Assembly: GCA_902594335.1 (NCBI GenBank)
Contig: CACJLY010000006.1
Location: forward strand, 35,183 to 99,182
Source of the DNA: an uncultured Pelagibacteraceae bacterium
Lineage (GTDB): Bacteria > Pseudomonadota > Alphaproteobacteria > Pelagibacterales > Pelagibacteraceae
Reading direction: 5' to 3'
Length of the DNA stretch: 64,000 nt
Part shown: positions 50,609 to 60,721 of the stretch, one piece after another
Layout: each line of letters begins with the position of its first letter
Numbering within the stretch: the first letter of the stretch is position 1
The notes under the pieces: model-generated
What the model was told of the DNA's origin: nothing
Seen by the model: only the letters and a program-made list of their open reading frames with translations
Database searches by the model: none
Translations under genes and position numbers: made by a program

Positions 50609-50685
50609 GGCGGGGTAGCTCAGTTGGTTAGAGCGCGGGACTCATAAGCCCGAGGTCAGTGGTTCGATCCCACTTCCCGCTACCA
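50609..50685 (+). tRNA. tRNA-Met (CAT), elongator type
   Basis: 77-nt cloverleaf GGCGGGG...TCCCGCT-A-CCA, D-arm GCTC/GAGC, loop CT-CAT-AA, T-arm AGTGG-TTCGATC-CCACT; G1-U72 pair argues against the initiator. Confidence 0.93.
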
Positions 50686-50687
50686 CA

Positions 50688-51215
50688 TCAATGACCAGGA
50701 AAATCCATCAAATTTTCAACTTTGTAACCTTTTTTTAAAAGATTATCACAACCACCTAAATCAAAAAGATTTATGACAAATATAAAGGCTGCAATATTTC
50801 CTTTAGAAACCTCTACTAGTTTTGCTGCAGCTTCTGCAGTTCCACCTGTTGCTATTAAATCATCTATTATAAGAACAGAGTCATTTTCTGATATTGAGTC
50901 TTTATGAACTTCTATTGTTGCTGTTCCATATTCAAGATTAAAATCAACTGAGTGTACATCAGCAGGAAGTTTGTTTTTTTTTCTTAGCATTATAAATGGT
51001 TTTTTTAATATGTAAGAAACAGCAGATGCAAATACAAAACCACGTGATTCAATTGCAGCTACTTTATCTACCTTAAATTTTTTGGATCTTGCAACGATTT
51101 GATTAATTGTTTCCTCAAAAGCTGTCTCATTCTTTATTAAAGTAGTTATATCTCTAAATAAAATACCCTTTTTAGGATAATCTTTTATTGAGCGAATATA
51201 ATCTTTTAAATTCAT
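50688..51215 (-). CDS. apt: Adenine phosphoribosyltransferase
   Basis: GILFRDITT, ESRGF, LEYG, IIDDLIATGGT. Confidence 0.96.
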   Translation of the reverse strand: MNLKDYIRSIKDYPKKGILFRDITTLIKNETAFEETINQIVARSKKFKVDKVAAIESRGFVFASAVSYILKKPFIMLRKKNKLPADVHSVDFNLEYGTATIEVHKDSISENDSVLIIDDLIATGGTAEAAAKLVEVSKGNIAAFIFVINLFDLGGCDNLLKKGYKVENLMDFPGH

Positions 51216-51252
51216 AATAGTTATTTATAAATACAATATAATTACTTTTTAC

Positions 51253-52125
51253 ATGGCAAATAATAAATTAGCAATAATAGGTGGAAGTGGTCTATACGAC
51301 GTAGAAGAGTTTAAAGATAGAGAATTATTAGATTTAAACACTCCTTGGGGAAAACCATCAGATCAGATTTTAAAAACAATTTATAAAAATAAGGAAGTTT
51401 ATTTTTTACCAAGACATGGTAAGGGACACTTTATTTCACCATCAAACATAAATTTTAGAGCAAACATTGACTCATTAAAACAATTGGGTGTAACAGATAT
51501 TGTCTCTGTCTCTGCAGTTGGTTCTTTGAAAGAAAACTTGCCTCCCGGTAAATTTGTTATTATTGACCAATTTATAGACAGAACATTTGCTCGGAACAAA
51601 ACTTTTTTTGAAGATGAAATAGTTGCTCATGTATCAATGGCACACCCAACCTCTAAGGGTTTAATGAATGCATGTGAGGATGCAATTAAAAAAGAAGGAA
51701 TAGATTATCAAAAGGGAGGAACTTATGTAGTAATGGAAGGTCCACAATTTTCAACTTTAGCTGAGTCGAATCTTTACAGATCATGGAAAGCCGATGTGAT
51801 AGGAATGACAAATATGCCTGAAGCCAAATTAGCAAGAGAAGCAGAAATTAGATATGCATCTGTCTCAATGGTGACTGATTATGATTGTTGGCATCCAGAT
51901 CATGAAAATGTTGATGTGCAACAAGTGATAAAAGTATTATTAGATAATGCTTCTAAAGCAAAAAGTATGATTAAAAATCTTATTGATAATTTTGATACTC
52001 ATATTGACCCGAATGACCCAACAAATAATTGCTTAGATGTTGCTATAATTACTGCTCCAGAAAAAAGATCACAAAAAACGAAAGACAAACTAAAAACAGT
52101 AGCTGGAAGAGTTTTAAATAAGTGA
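51253..52125 (+). CDS. mtaP: S-methyl-5'-thioadenosine phosphorylase
   Basis: IIGGSG, PRHG, EGPQFST, GMTNMPEA, VTDYDCW. Confidence 0.93.
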   Translation: MANNKLAIIGGSGLYDVEEFKDRELLDLNTPWGKPSDQILKTIYKNKEVYFLPRHGKGHFISPSNINFRANIDSLKQLGVTDIVSVSAVGSLKENLPPGKFVIIDQFIDRTFARNKTFFEDEIVAHVSMAHPTSKGLMNACEDAIKKEGIDYQKGGTYVVMEGPQFSTLAESNLYRSWKADVIGMTNMPEAKLAREAEIRYASVSMVTDYDCWHPDHENVDVQQVIKVLLDNASKAKSMIKNLIDNFDTHIDPNDPTNNCLDVAIITAPEKRSQKTKDKLKTVAGRVLNK

Positions 52126-52913
52126 CAGTAAAATTATCTGATAACCAAATTTTAAATTATAAAAATGATGGTGTAATTTTAATCAAGGAAGTTTTTTTAC
52201 CTTGGATTGAAAAACTTAAAACTGGATTTCATAAAGTATTAAATAACCCAAGTTCACACGGAAGAGAAAATATTTCAAAACAACAAGGAGGGAGATTTTT
52301 TGAGGATTATTGTAACTGGGAAAGAATTGAAGAGTTTAAAGATTTTATTTTCAATTCACCAGCAGCAGAAATTGTTGCGCAATCAACTCAATCTAATCAA
52401 ATTCAGATATTTCACGAGCACATTTTCTTAAAGGAACCTGGAACAAAAAAAGAAACCCCATGGCATCAAGATCTTCCATATTATTGTGTAGATGGAAATG
52501 ATACAGGAAGTTTCTGGATACCATTAGATAACGTTTCAAAAAATAACTGCCTGAAAGTTTTGAAAGGATCCCATAAGTTACCAATGTTAGTAAATCCTAC
52601 CAAATGGTCAAATGAAACTTTTTGGTATAAAAATAATAAGAATTTTATGGATATGCCAAATATAGATAAAAAAAATATTTTTAGTGCAGAGATGAATATG
52701 GGAGATGCAATATTATTTAATTTTAAAGTTTTACATTCATCTTCAGGAAATAATGACAAAAAAAGTCGTAAAGCATTCTCCGCAAGATTTATTGGAGACG
52801 ATGTAAGATACATTGAAAGAAAAGGAGAAACTTCTCCACCTTTTGAAGGAATAGATTTAAATTCAGGAGATAAAATGAGAAGGGATTGGTTTCCTGTGGT
52901 TTGGAGCAATTAA
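52122..52913 (+). CDS. PhyH-family Fe(II)/2-oxoglutarate dioxygenase
   Basis: TPWHQD (HxD), WIPLD, distal His in VLHSS, Arg in SRKAFS; GTG start overlapping the mtaP stop. Confidence 0.85.
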   Translation: MTVKLSDNQILNYKNDGVILIKEVFLPWIEKLKTGFHKVLNNPSSHGRENISKQQGGRFFEDYCNWERIEEFKDFIFNSPAAEIVAQSTQSNQIQIFHEHIFLKEPGTKKETPWHQDLPYYCVDGNDTGSFWIPLDNVSKNNCLKVLKGSHKLPMLVNPTKWSNETFWYKNNKNFMDMPNIDKKNIFSAEMNMGDAILFNFKVLHSSSGNNDKKSRKAFSARFIGDDVRYIERKGETSPPFEGIDLNSGDKMRRDWFPVVWSN

Positions 52914-53987
52914 ATGAGAATAAAGGGGAAAAAATATAGAACAATTTGGTATGAAAATAATATAGTAAAAATAATTGATCAAACCAAACTTCCACATCAG
53001 TTTGTTGTTAAAGATTTGAAGACAATAAGAGATGCAGTAAAAGCAATTAAAACTATGGAGGTAAGAGGAGCACCTCTTATTGGTGGAACTGCTGCTTATG
53101 GATTAGTATTGGCAATACAAGAAAATAAAAATTTAGATTTTATTAAAAAAAGTTCAGAAGAATTAGTTAATTCAAGACCTACGGCCATAAATTTACAATG
53201 GGCAGTTCATAGAATGAATAATAAATTATCATTTGTGAAGTCTGATGACTTATTAGATGTGGCATTAGAAGAAGCAAAATCAATATGTGATGAAGATGTA
53301 AAATTTTGTGAGAATATAGGATTTAATGGACTTAAAATTATCGAGGAAATTTATAATAAAAACAATAAAACTGTTAATATCTTAACTCACTGTAATGCAG
53401 GGTGGTTAGCAACTATAGATTGGGGGACAGCCACCTCACCAATTTATCATGCACATAAAAAAGGAATTCCTATCCATGTTTGGGTTGACGAAACAAGACC
53501 AAGAAACCAAGGAGCAAATCTAACTTCGTTTGAATTAAATGAAGAGGGTATACCAAATACAATTATTACAGATAATACTGGTGGTATTTTAATGCAAAGA
53601 GGAGAGGTTGATATGTGTATTGTTGGAACAGACAGGACCCTATCTACGGGAGATGTTTGTAATAAAATTGGTACATATTTAAAAGCATTAGCAGCACATG
53701 ATAATAATGTACCCTTTTATGTGGCTTTACCAAGCTCCACTATTGATTGGGAAACTAAAGATTATAACAAGATACCTATTGAAGAAAGAAATTCTGAGGA
53801 ACTATCCCATATAGAAGGAAAAGACGATAAAAATAATATTAAGAAAGTTTTAATTTATCCTGAAAACAGTAAATCGATGAATTTAGCATTTGACATAACT
53901 CCAGCAAAATATGTAACAGGCTTAATTACAGAGAAAGGTATATGCCAGGCATCAACTATCAGTTTAAAACAAATGTTTAATAGATAA
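52914..53987 (+). CDS. mtnA: Methylthioribose-1-phosphate isomerase
   Basis: DQTKLP, VRGAP, RPTAINL, LTHCNAG, DETRPRNQG, NKIGTY. Confidence 0.94.
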   Translation: MRIKGKKYRTIWYENNIVKIIDQTKLPHQFVVKDLKTIRDAVKAIKTMEVRGAPLIGGTAAYGLVLAIQENKNLDFIKKSSEELVNSRPTAINLQWAVHRMNNKLSFVKSDDLLDVALEEAKSICDEDVKFCENIGFNGLKIIEEIYNKNNKTVNILTHCNAGWLATIDWGTATSPIYHAHKKGIPIHVWVDETRPRNQGANLTSFELNEEGIPNTIITDNTGGILMQRGEVDMCIVGTDRTLSTGDVCNKIGTYLKALAAHDNNVPFYVALPSSTIDWETKDYNKIPIEERNSEELSHIEGKDDKNNIKKVLIYPENSKSMNLAFDITPAKYVTGLITEKGICQASTISLKQMFNR

Positions 53988-55570
53988 TGAATAAAGTTAA
54001 AAACATCTTATTTATAATGGCTGATCAACTAAGATTTGATTATCTTTCTTGTTATGGTCATCCACACCTTAAAACACCTCACATAGACGGTTTAGCAAAA
54101 AAAGGAGTTATATTTGAGTCAGCTTATGTTCAAGCTCCTGTTTGTGGCCCATCAAGAGCATCCTATTATACTGGAAGAACAGTATTTAGCCATGGATCAA
54201 CTTGGAACCAAATACCTTTACCAATCGGTGAGTTAACTATTGGAGATTATTTGAGGCAATCTGGAATTAGAACTGGAGTTGTTGGTAAAACACATATGAG
54301 ACCCGATATAGATGGAATGAATAGACTTGGAATTTCAAAAGATACAGAAATAGGTCTGACAGTTAGTGAACCAGGATTTGATCCTTATGAGAGAGATGAC
54401 GGACTTCATCCTAATAACCATATTAAAAATTCAACTAAAAAACTATCTTACAATGATTGGTTAAACAAACTTGGATATGAGGGTGATAATCCTTGGGATA
54501 GTTGGGCAAATTCATCAGAGGATGAAAATGGAAATATTTTGAGTGGATGGAGGTTAAGAAATTCAAATAAACCAGCAAGAATTAAAGAAGAACATTCTGA
54601 AACTGCATTTATGACAAATAGATCAATGGAATTTATTCAAGAAAGTGGAGAGAAGCCTTGGTTTTTACATTTATCATATATTAAACCTCATTGGCCATAC
54701 ATTGCTCCTGCCCCTTATCATAATATGTATTCCTCAAATCAATTTTACCCAGTTCATCGAAGTAATACTGAAAAAGAAATAGATCATCCAGTCTACAAAG
54801 CTTTCATGGAAAATAATATTTCAAAGACTTTTTCAAGAGAAGAAGTAAGAAACACTGTTCTTTCGGGATATATGGGGTTAATAAAACAAATCGATGACAA
54901 TCTTGGTAGGCTATTTAAATTTCTAGAAGAAAAAGATTATATGAAAAATACAATGATAGTCTTTACATCAGACCATGGTGATTACCAGGGTGATCATTGG
55001 CTAGGAGAAAAAGAACTATTTCACGAACAAATTGTTAAAGTTCCAATGATAATTTATGATCCAAGTAATTTGTCAGATAATAATAGGGGAGTAAGAGAAA
55101 AAAGATTTGTAGAGGCTATAGACTTACTACCTACTTTTTTAGACTCTGTAGATAGCAATGTAAGCAAGCATCGCCTTGAGGGACAATCATTGTTACCAAT
55201 TATTAGAGGAAATAAAGTTTCTAATTGGAAAGATAGTGTATTTAGTGAAATAGATTACTCATTTAACGAAGCAAGAAAAATTCTTAATATTGGAGCATCA
55301 GACGCTAGAGCTTATATGATTAGAAATAATAATTGGAAGTATATTTATTATAAAGGTTTTCCACCTCAATTATTTGATTTAAAAAATGATCCAGATGAAT
55401 TCAATGATCTAGGCCAATCATCTGAACATAAAAAAATTATTGATGAAATGAAGGATATATTGCTTAAAAGAATTACAAATAGAAAAAATAGGGTTGCAGC
55501 AACAGATGAATTTGTTTTAAAAGAAAGAGATTATACAAAAGATGATGGAATTATGATAGGAGTTTGGTAA
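53987..55570 (+). CDS. Cys-type sulfatase (arylsulfatase / phosphonate monoester hydrolase-like)
   Basis: ADQLR, CGPSRAS..TG (CxPxR), GKTH, PHWP, SDHGD, EKE. Confidence 0.88.
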   Translation: MNKVKNILFIMADQLRFDYLSCYGHPHLKTPHIDGLAKKGVIFESAYVQAPVCGPSRASYYTGRTVFSHGSTWNQIPLPIGELTIGDYLRQSGIRTGVVGKTHMRPDIDGMNRLGISKDTEIGLTVSEPGFDPYERDDGLHPNNHIKNSTKKLSYNDWLNKLGYEGDNPWDSWANSSEDENGNILSGWRLRNSNKPARIKEEHSETAFMTNRSMEFIQESGEKPWFLHLSYIKPHWPYIAPAPYHNMYSSNQFYPVHRSNTEKEIDHPVYKAFMENNISKTFSREEVRNTVLSGYMGLIKQIDDNLGRLFKFLEEKDYMKNTMIVFTSDHGDYQGDHWLGEKELFHEQIVKVPMIIYDPSNLSDNNRGVREKRFVEAIDLLPTFLDSVDSNVSKHRLEGQSLLPIIRGNKVSNWKDSVFSEIDYSFNEARKILNIGASDARAYMIRNNNWKYIYYKGFPPQLFDLKNDPDEFNDLGQSSEHKKIIDEMKDILLKRITNRKNRVAATDEFVLKERDYTKDDGIMIGVW

Positions 55571-55908
55571 TGAACCCTTTAATATTGTCGCTAATTTGCT
55601 TAGTTTCGGTAGGGATTTCTGCAAATTTAATTAAATTAATTCGTGGAAATAGAATTTTATTAATTATTTCTTTATTACCTTGTATTTATATATTTATCTT
55701 TGGTTTGTATGCAACTTTAGGTCCAATGGATTTATATAAAGATGGTACAGATAATTTTTATGCTCAGAATCCAGGTAAAGAATTACCAATAGTATTTGTA
55801 TTATTAAAATTCTATCAATATATATTAATGATAGTAGGCGCAGTTTTTGGTTTTCTTTATTTTAATTATATAAAAAAAATTAAAGATACTAGTGAGCCAT
55901 CAGACTAG
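55564..55908 (+). CDS. Hypothetical membrane protein
   Basis: About 3 TM segments; probable start is the ATG at 55570 overlapping the sulfatase stop. Confidence 0.65.
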   Translation: MVMNPLILSLICLVSVGISANLIKLIRGNRILLIISLLPCIYIFIFGLYATLGPMDLYKDGTDNFYAQNPGKELPIVFVLLKFYQYILMIVGAVFGFLYFNYIKKIKDTSEPSD

Positions 55909-57199
55909 GCAAATATAAACAAATTGCAGGAAAAGCAATAATTAAAGCAAGTCTAATTACATCTGTCATTAAGAAAGGTAGAGTTCCAAACCATATCGTT
56001 TGGAGAGGAGTTTTTTGCATAACACCTTTAATAACGAATAAATTCATACCCACAGGCGGTGAAATTAATCCAAATTCAACAACTATTACTGCAAATATAC
56101 CAAACCACACTGGATCAATTCCAGCATCAACAATAACAGGATAAAATACTGGAATAGTTAAAAATAACATTGCTAAAGAATCCATTACTGTTCCTAGCAC
56201 TAAGTATATTGCACAAATTACTAAAATTATTCCTAAAGGAGTTAGTTCTAAATAATTTATAAAATCAACTACGGCAAAAGGTAATTGAGTAACGGTAATA
56301 AGATAATTAAATATACTTGCTCCAATTACAATTAAATATAAAGAACCAACTGTCTTGATTGTTGTCCACACTGCATCTTTCAATAAACTTAACTTTAATT
56401 GGCCTCTAAAAAAAATAAAAACTAAAACTAATATTACACCTACCGCAGCACTCTCAGTAGCGGTGAAAAAACCTAAATAGAGTCCACCCATCATAATTGC
56501 AAATATTAAAAATATTGGAAAAACTTTTGAGATAGCTGAGATTCTTTCTTTTAATGGCATTTTAGTTCCATACCCACCTTGTGATGGGTAAATTAAAAGA
56601 TAAACTCTAATTGCGATCATATAAAGTAACACTGCGATTATTCCTGGTACGAGTGCAGCAAAAAAAAGTTCTTGGACTGATTGTTCGGTTAAATAAGCAT
56701 ATATTACCAAAATAACACTTGGTGGAATTATTATTCCAAGTGTTCCTCCAGAGGCAATAGAACCACTAATTAGAGCATCGCTATAACCGTGCCTTCTCAT
56801 TTCAGGACCTGCCATTTGAGACATTGTTGCAGCTGTTGCAATTGAAGATCCACAAATCATTCCAAATCCAGCACATGCACCAACCGTAGACATTGCCAAA
56901 CCGCCCTTGTAATGACCTACTATTGCATAGGCAGCATCATATAAATTTCTTGATAAATTTGAGCTATTAGCAAGATTTCCCATTAATACAAAGAGAGGCA
57001 ACACTGATAATGTATATTTTGAAACTGCATCAAATGGAGCAGTGCCCAAAACAAATATTGCAGGATCAAATCCTGAAATCATTGCAAAGCCAGTAAAACC
57101 AACTACCAACATCGCAATTCCTATTGGTACATTTAGTACCATTAAAATTAATACAGCAGCGAAAGATAATCCTCCGTTAATTACAGCTTCTAAACCCAT
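55889..57199 (-). CDS. dctM: TRAP transporter large permease
   Basis: LPLFVLMG, GGLA, GSSIAT, GGTLGIIIPPS, SPPVGMN. Confidence 0.93.
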   Translation of the reverse strand: MGLEAVINGGLSFAAVLILMVLNVPIGIAMLVVGFTGFAMISGFDPAIFVLGTAPFDAVSKYTLSVLPLFVLMGNLANSSNLSRNLYDAAYAIVGHYKGGLAMSTVGACAGFGMICGSSIATAATMSQMAGPEMRRHGYSDALISGSIASGGTLGIIIPPSVILVIYAYLTEQSVQELFFAALVPGIIAVLLYMIAIRVYLLIYPSQGGYGTKMPLKERISAISKVFPIFLIFAIMMGGLYLGFFTATESAAVGVILVLVFIFFRGQLKLSLLKDAVWTTIKTVGSLYLIVIGASIFNYLITVTQLPFAVVDFINYLELTPLGIILVICAIYLVLGTVMDSLAMLFLTIPVFYPVIVDAGIDPVWFGIFAVIVVEFGLISPPVGMNLFVIKGVMQKTPLQTIWFGTLPFLMTDVIRLALIIAFPAICLYLPSLMAH

Positions 57200-57690
57200 T
57201 ATAATTCCTCTTCTTTTGAACTATTTTTAAAAATAGTTTTGATAAACCATATTACTATTGCAAAAACGCTTAACCACATCCCGATAGAGCATATGAAATA
57301 AAATGGATAAAAATATAGTTCTAAATCAAGTGTTACTCTTTGATTATTCATAAATTTATATGATGTCAAAGTAGTCGAATATGCCATTACAGACATAATC
57401 GATATCATTAAAACAAATTTTAAAATAACCAAATAAGTTTTAAATATTCCCAAATTTAAATTATTTATAAAGTCCGCTGAAACATTGGCATTTAAATAAA
57501 ATGCTCTTGGCATTGCAAGGAAAGCTACTAATGCCATCCCTATCTCAACTAACTCAATTGTACCTGTTACTGGTGAATTTAAAAATCGTCTTCCAAATAC
57601 ATCACAAAAAGTTAATACAGCTAATAAAAATAAAATAATACCTGAAGCTATCGCTGAATAATCAAAAACTTTACTGACTTTAGAGATCAT
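57199..57690 (-). CDS. dctQ: TRAP transporter small permease
   Basis: DVFGRRFLNSPVTGTIEL, about 4 TM segments. Confidence 0.87.
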   Translation of the reverse strand: MISKVSKVFDYSAIASGIILFLLAVLTFCDVFGRRFLNSPVTGTIELVEIGMALVAFLAMPRAFYLNANVSADFINNLNLGIFKTYLVILKFVLMISIMSVMAYSTTLTSYKFMNNQRVTLDLELYFYPFYFICSIGMWLSVFAIVIWFIKTIFKNSSKEEEL

Positions 57691-57757
57691 AAAAATGTTG
57701 CTTCAAATTATCTAAACATTAACATATAAATAGTTTCAAAAATAGAAAGTATTAATC

Positions 57758-58609
57758 ATGAAATTTATTTCTTTTAAACATAATCAACAAAATAAGTTTG
57801 GTATTATAAATAATAATAAAATTACAGATCTAACTGGAAAAGTATCTAATTCAAATACAATTAAAGATTTAATTTCAAGTCAAGGAATTGAAGAAGCTAA
57901 ATCTTATGCAACAAATAATCCAGGCGATATTAATGAGTCAGATATTGAATATTTACCATTAATTCCAAATCCTGGAAAAATTATTTGTGTAGGTTTAAAT
58001 TATAGTGAACATGTTAAAGAAACCAACAGAACAGTTGAAGAAAACCCAGTAATTTTTCATCGATTTCCAGAAAGTCAAACTGCACACCTGCAACCGATTC
58101 AAAGACCCCTTGTTTCACAAAGTTTAGATTTTGAAGGTGAGATGGCAGTAATTATGGGTGAAGGTGGCAAACATATAAAACCTGAGGATGCTTTAAAGCA
58201 CATTATTGGTTATTCATGTTATAATGAGAGCACTGTAAGAGAGTGGCAGAGACACACTAGACAATTTGGAATGGGTAAAAACTTTGAAAAAACAGGGAGT
58301 TTTGGTCCACACATGGTTTTAGCTGAAGACATTAAAAATTATAAAAATCTAACAATTGAAACAAGATTAAACGGTGATGTCATGCAAAACGCAAAATTAA
58401 GTCAACTTATTTTTGATATTCCAATATTAATTTCTTATGTTTCAAAAGCAATGGCCTGGAGAGCTGGCGATGTATTAGTTACTGGTACACCTGGAGGAGT
58501 AGGGTTTAAAAGGAATCCTCCAATTTTTATGAAACCTGGAGATAATGTTGAAATAGAAATTACAGAAATTGGCACTTTATCTAACACAATTAAGGATGAA
58601 ATAATCTAA
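57758..58609 (+). CDS. Fumarylacetoacetate hydrolase family protein
   Basis: CVGLNY, DFEGE, GKNF..FGP, TGTPGGVG. Confidence 0.92.
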   Translation: MKFISFKHNQQNKFGIINNNKITDLTGKVSNSNTIKDLISSQGIEEAKSYATNNPGDINESDIEYLPLIPNPGKIICVGLNYSEHVKETNRTVEENPVIFHRFPESQTAHLQPIQRPLVSQSLDFEGEMAVIMGEGGKHIKPEDALKHIIGYSCYNESTVREWQRHTRQFGMGKNFEKTGSFGPHMVLAEDIKNYKNLTIETRLNGDVMQNAKLSQLIFDIPILISYVSKAMAWRAGDVLVTGTPGGVGFKRNPPIFMKPGDNVEIEITEIGTLSNTIKDEII

Positions 58610-58659
58610 TTTTCAAGTTAAACTTTCTTATAATTATTTAATAATAAGAGGGGATTAAC

Positions 58660-59673
58660 ATGAAAAAAAAAATAATTGGTTTTGTTATAGGAATTTTTTC
58701 CTTAAGCATTATTAGCACAGCATCAGCTACAGAATTAAAGTTAGCAACTTTTGAACCACCAAAGGCATTTATAGCAAGTAAGATTTTAGCTGCTTGGGCA
58801 GATAAAGTTAACAAATGTTCAAATGGTGCTTTAAACGTTAAAATGTATGCAGGAGGAGTATTAGGAAGTCCTCCTAAACAATACGATATAGTAACTTCAG
58901 GAGTTGCAGATATATCTTGGACTGTCCTTGGATATATTGGTGGTCAATTTCCTTTAAGTTCAGTTGTAGAACTACCATTCTTAACTAAAACTTCAAAAGC
59001 TGGATCTAGAGCTCTAAATACTCTTTTTGAAGAAGGTTACCTAGATAAAGAAATGGCAGGAATTAAACTGATAGGACTTCATTCGAACCCTGGATACCAA
59101 ATCCATATGAAGGATACTAAAGTAGTTAAACCTGCAGAATTTAAAGGTAAAAAAATGAGAGTTCCAAGCAAAATAGCTGGAACAATTCTTAAAACTTTAG
59201 GAGCAACTGGGGTTAAAGTGCCAGCACCAGGAACTTCAGAAGCCTTAAACAAAGGTGTTATAGACGGTACACCTTTCCCTTACACAGCAATTGGTTCATT
59301 TAGATTATTTGATGTTACTAAATATCATACAGAAGTTAACATCACTAATGCAACATTTGGATTAATAATGAATGAAGGGAAATATAACGGTCTATCTTCA
59401 GCAGCAAAAGGATGTGTTGATAAACATTCTGGTCAGTGGTTTGGCGACTGGGCATCTAATTTAATTGATACTCAGAATGCTAAGATGAGAGTTCAAGTAG
59501 AAAATACTCCAGGACACGAAATAACTGTTGCATCAGACTCTGTTTTAGCTGAATACAAAAAAATATTAGCTCCAATTGAATCAGACTGGTTAGCAGAAAT
59601 GAAAGGCAAAGGTCTTGATGGAGATGCTGTATTAAAAAGAGCAAGAGAAGTAATTTCTAAAATAGACGGTTAA
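58660..59673 (+). CDS. dctP: TRAP transporter substrate-binding protein
   Basis: Signal peptide, GVADISW, ELPF, GKKMRV, ALNKGVIDG. Confidence 0.9.
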   Translation: MKKKIIGFVIGIFSLSIISTASATELKLATFEPPKAFIASKILAAWADKVNKCSNGALNVKMYAGGVLGSPPKQYDIVTSGVADISWTVLGYIGGQFPLSSVVELPFLTKTSKAGSRALNTLFEEGYLDKEMAGIKLIGLHSNPGYQIHMKDTKVVKPAEFKGKKMRVPSKIAGTILKTLGATGVKVPAPGTSEALNKGVIDGTPFPYTAIGSFRLFDVTKYHTEVNITNATFGLIMNEGKYNGLSSAAKGCVDKHSGQWFGDWASNLIDTQNAKMRVQVENTPGHEITVASDSVLAEYKKILAPIESDWLAEMKGKGLDGDAVLKRAREVISKIDG

Positions 59674-59684
59674 TAGTTAAATTT

Positions 59685-59713
59685 GAGCCCGCTAATTTCA
59701 TAGCGGGCTCTTT
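59685..59713 (+). terminator. GC-rich hairpin after dctP (weak terminator or stabiliser)
   Basis: gagcccgcta-atttca-tagcgggctc-ttt. Confidence 0.75.
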
Positions 59714-59735
59714 CAAAATTAAGTATAATAATAAA

Positions 59736-60707
59736 ATGGCAGTAAAAGCTTTAAGTTATATTGGAGTTAATTCAGATAAATTTGAAGATTGGTCAGATTA
59801 TTCTCAAAAATATCTCGGTATGCAGCAGATGGACCGTGGAAAAGAAATTCTATCTTTTAGAATGGATAATCAAAAACAAAGACTAACAATAACGGGTGAT
59901 AAAGGAGATGGATTAGGATTTTTAGGATGGGAAGTTGAGACAAAGGAAGATCTCCAAACCTTTGCAAATAAATTAGAGGAAAATAAAATAGTAGTAAAAC
60001 ATGGAAAGACTTCTTTTGCTGACAAACGTTTTGTTGAGGATTTAATATATTTTAACGACCCACAGGGAAATCGTATTGAACTTGTTTATAAACCTATGTT
60101 AGATACAGATCCTTTTAAACCAGGCAGACCAATTTCAGGATTTAAGACTGGGCCACTAGGAATGGGACATGCAGTTGTACATGTTAAAAAAATTGATGAT
60201 TTAATTCCTTTTTATAGAGATGTAATGGGCTTCCATATAAGTGATTATAGTCATACTCCAATATCTCTATGTTTTTTTCATGTTAATGGTAGACACCATA
60301 GTTTAGCTTTATTTGGCTCAGGTGGAACTGGTTTCCATCATTTTATGATTGAATACAATAACTTAGACGATGTAGGTCAAGGTTATGACTTGTTGCAATA
60401 CAAGGATAATGCAATTGCTTATACAATGGGTCGACATACCAATGATTATATGACTTCATTTTATTCAATTACACCTTCAGGATTTTTTATTGAAAATGGA
60501 TGGGGTGGAAGGATTATTAATCCAGACACATGGCAGCCTATTGAAACATTTGAAGGGCCAAGTTTTTGGGGACATGAGAGACTTTATTTACCAGATGATG
60601 AGAGAATGAAATTTAGAAATAAAAGACTTGAGACTGCTTCACAAGGTAAACAAGCTCCATTGTTAATTGATTGCCCTTGGCTATATTCAAATATTAATAA
60701 AAAATAA
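59736..60707 (+). CDS. Type I extradiol ring-cleavage dioxygenase (BphC/HsaC-like VOC fold)
   Basis: GMGHAV, RHHSLA, HHFMIE, GRHTNDYMTSFY..TPSGFFIE. Confidence 0.9.
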   Translation: MAVKALSYIGVNSDKFEDWSDYSQKYLGMQQMDRGKEILSFRMDNQKQRLTITGDKGDGLGFLGWEVETKEDLQTFANKLEENKIVVKHGKTSFADKRFVEDLIYFNDPQGNRIELVYKPMLDTDPFKPGRPISGFKTGPLGMGHAVVHVKKIDDLIPFYRDVMGFHISDYSHTPISLCFFHVNGRHHSLALFGSGGTGFHHFMIEYNNLDDVGQGYDLLQYKDNAIAYTMGRHTNDYMTSFYSITPSGFFIENGWGGRIINPDTWQPIETFEGPSFWGHERLYLPDDERMKFRNKRLETASQGKQAPLLIDCPWLYSNINKK

Positions 60708-60721
60708 TAAAAAAATTATCA

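Noticed and set aside
45101-50685. tRNA-Met as an integration site for a genomic island
   Set aside because: No integrase and no duplicated tRNA 3' end seen, and apt follows 2 bp after the CCA.
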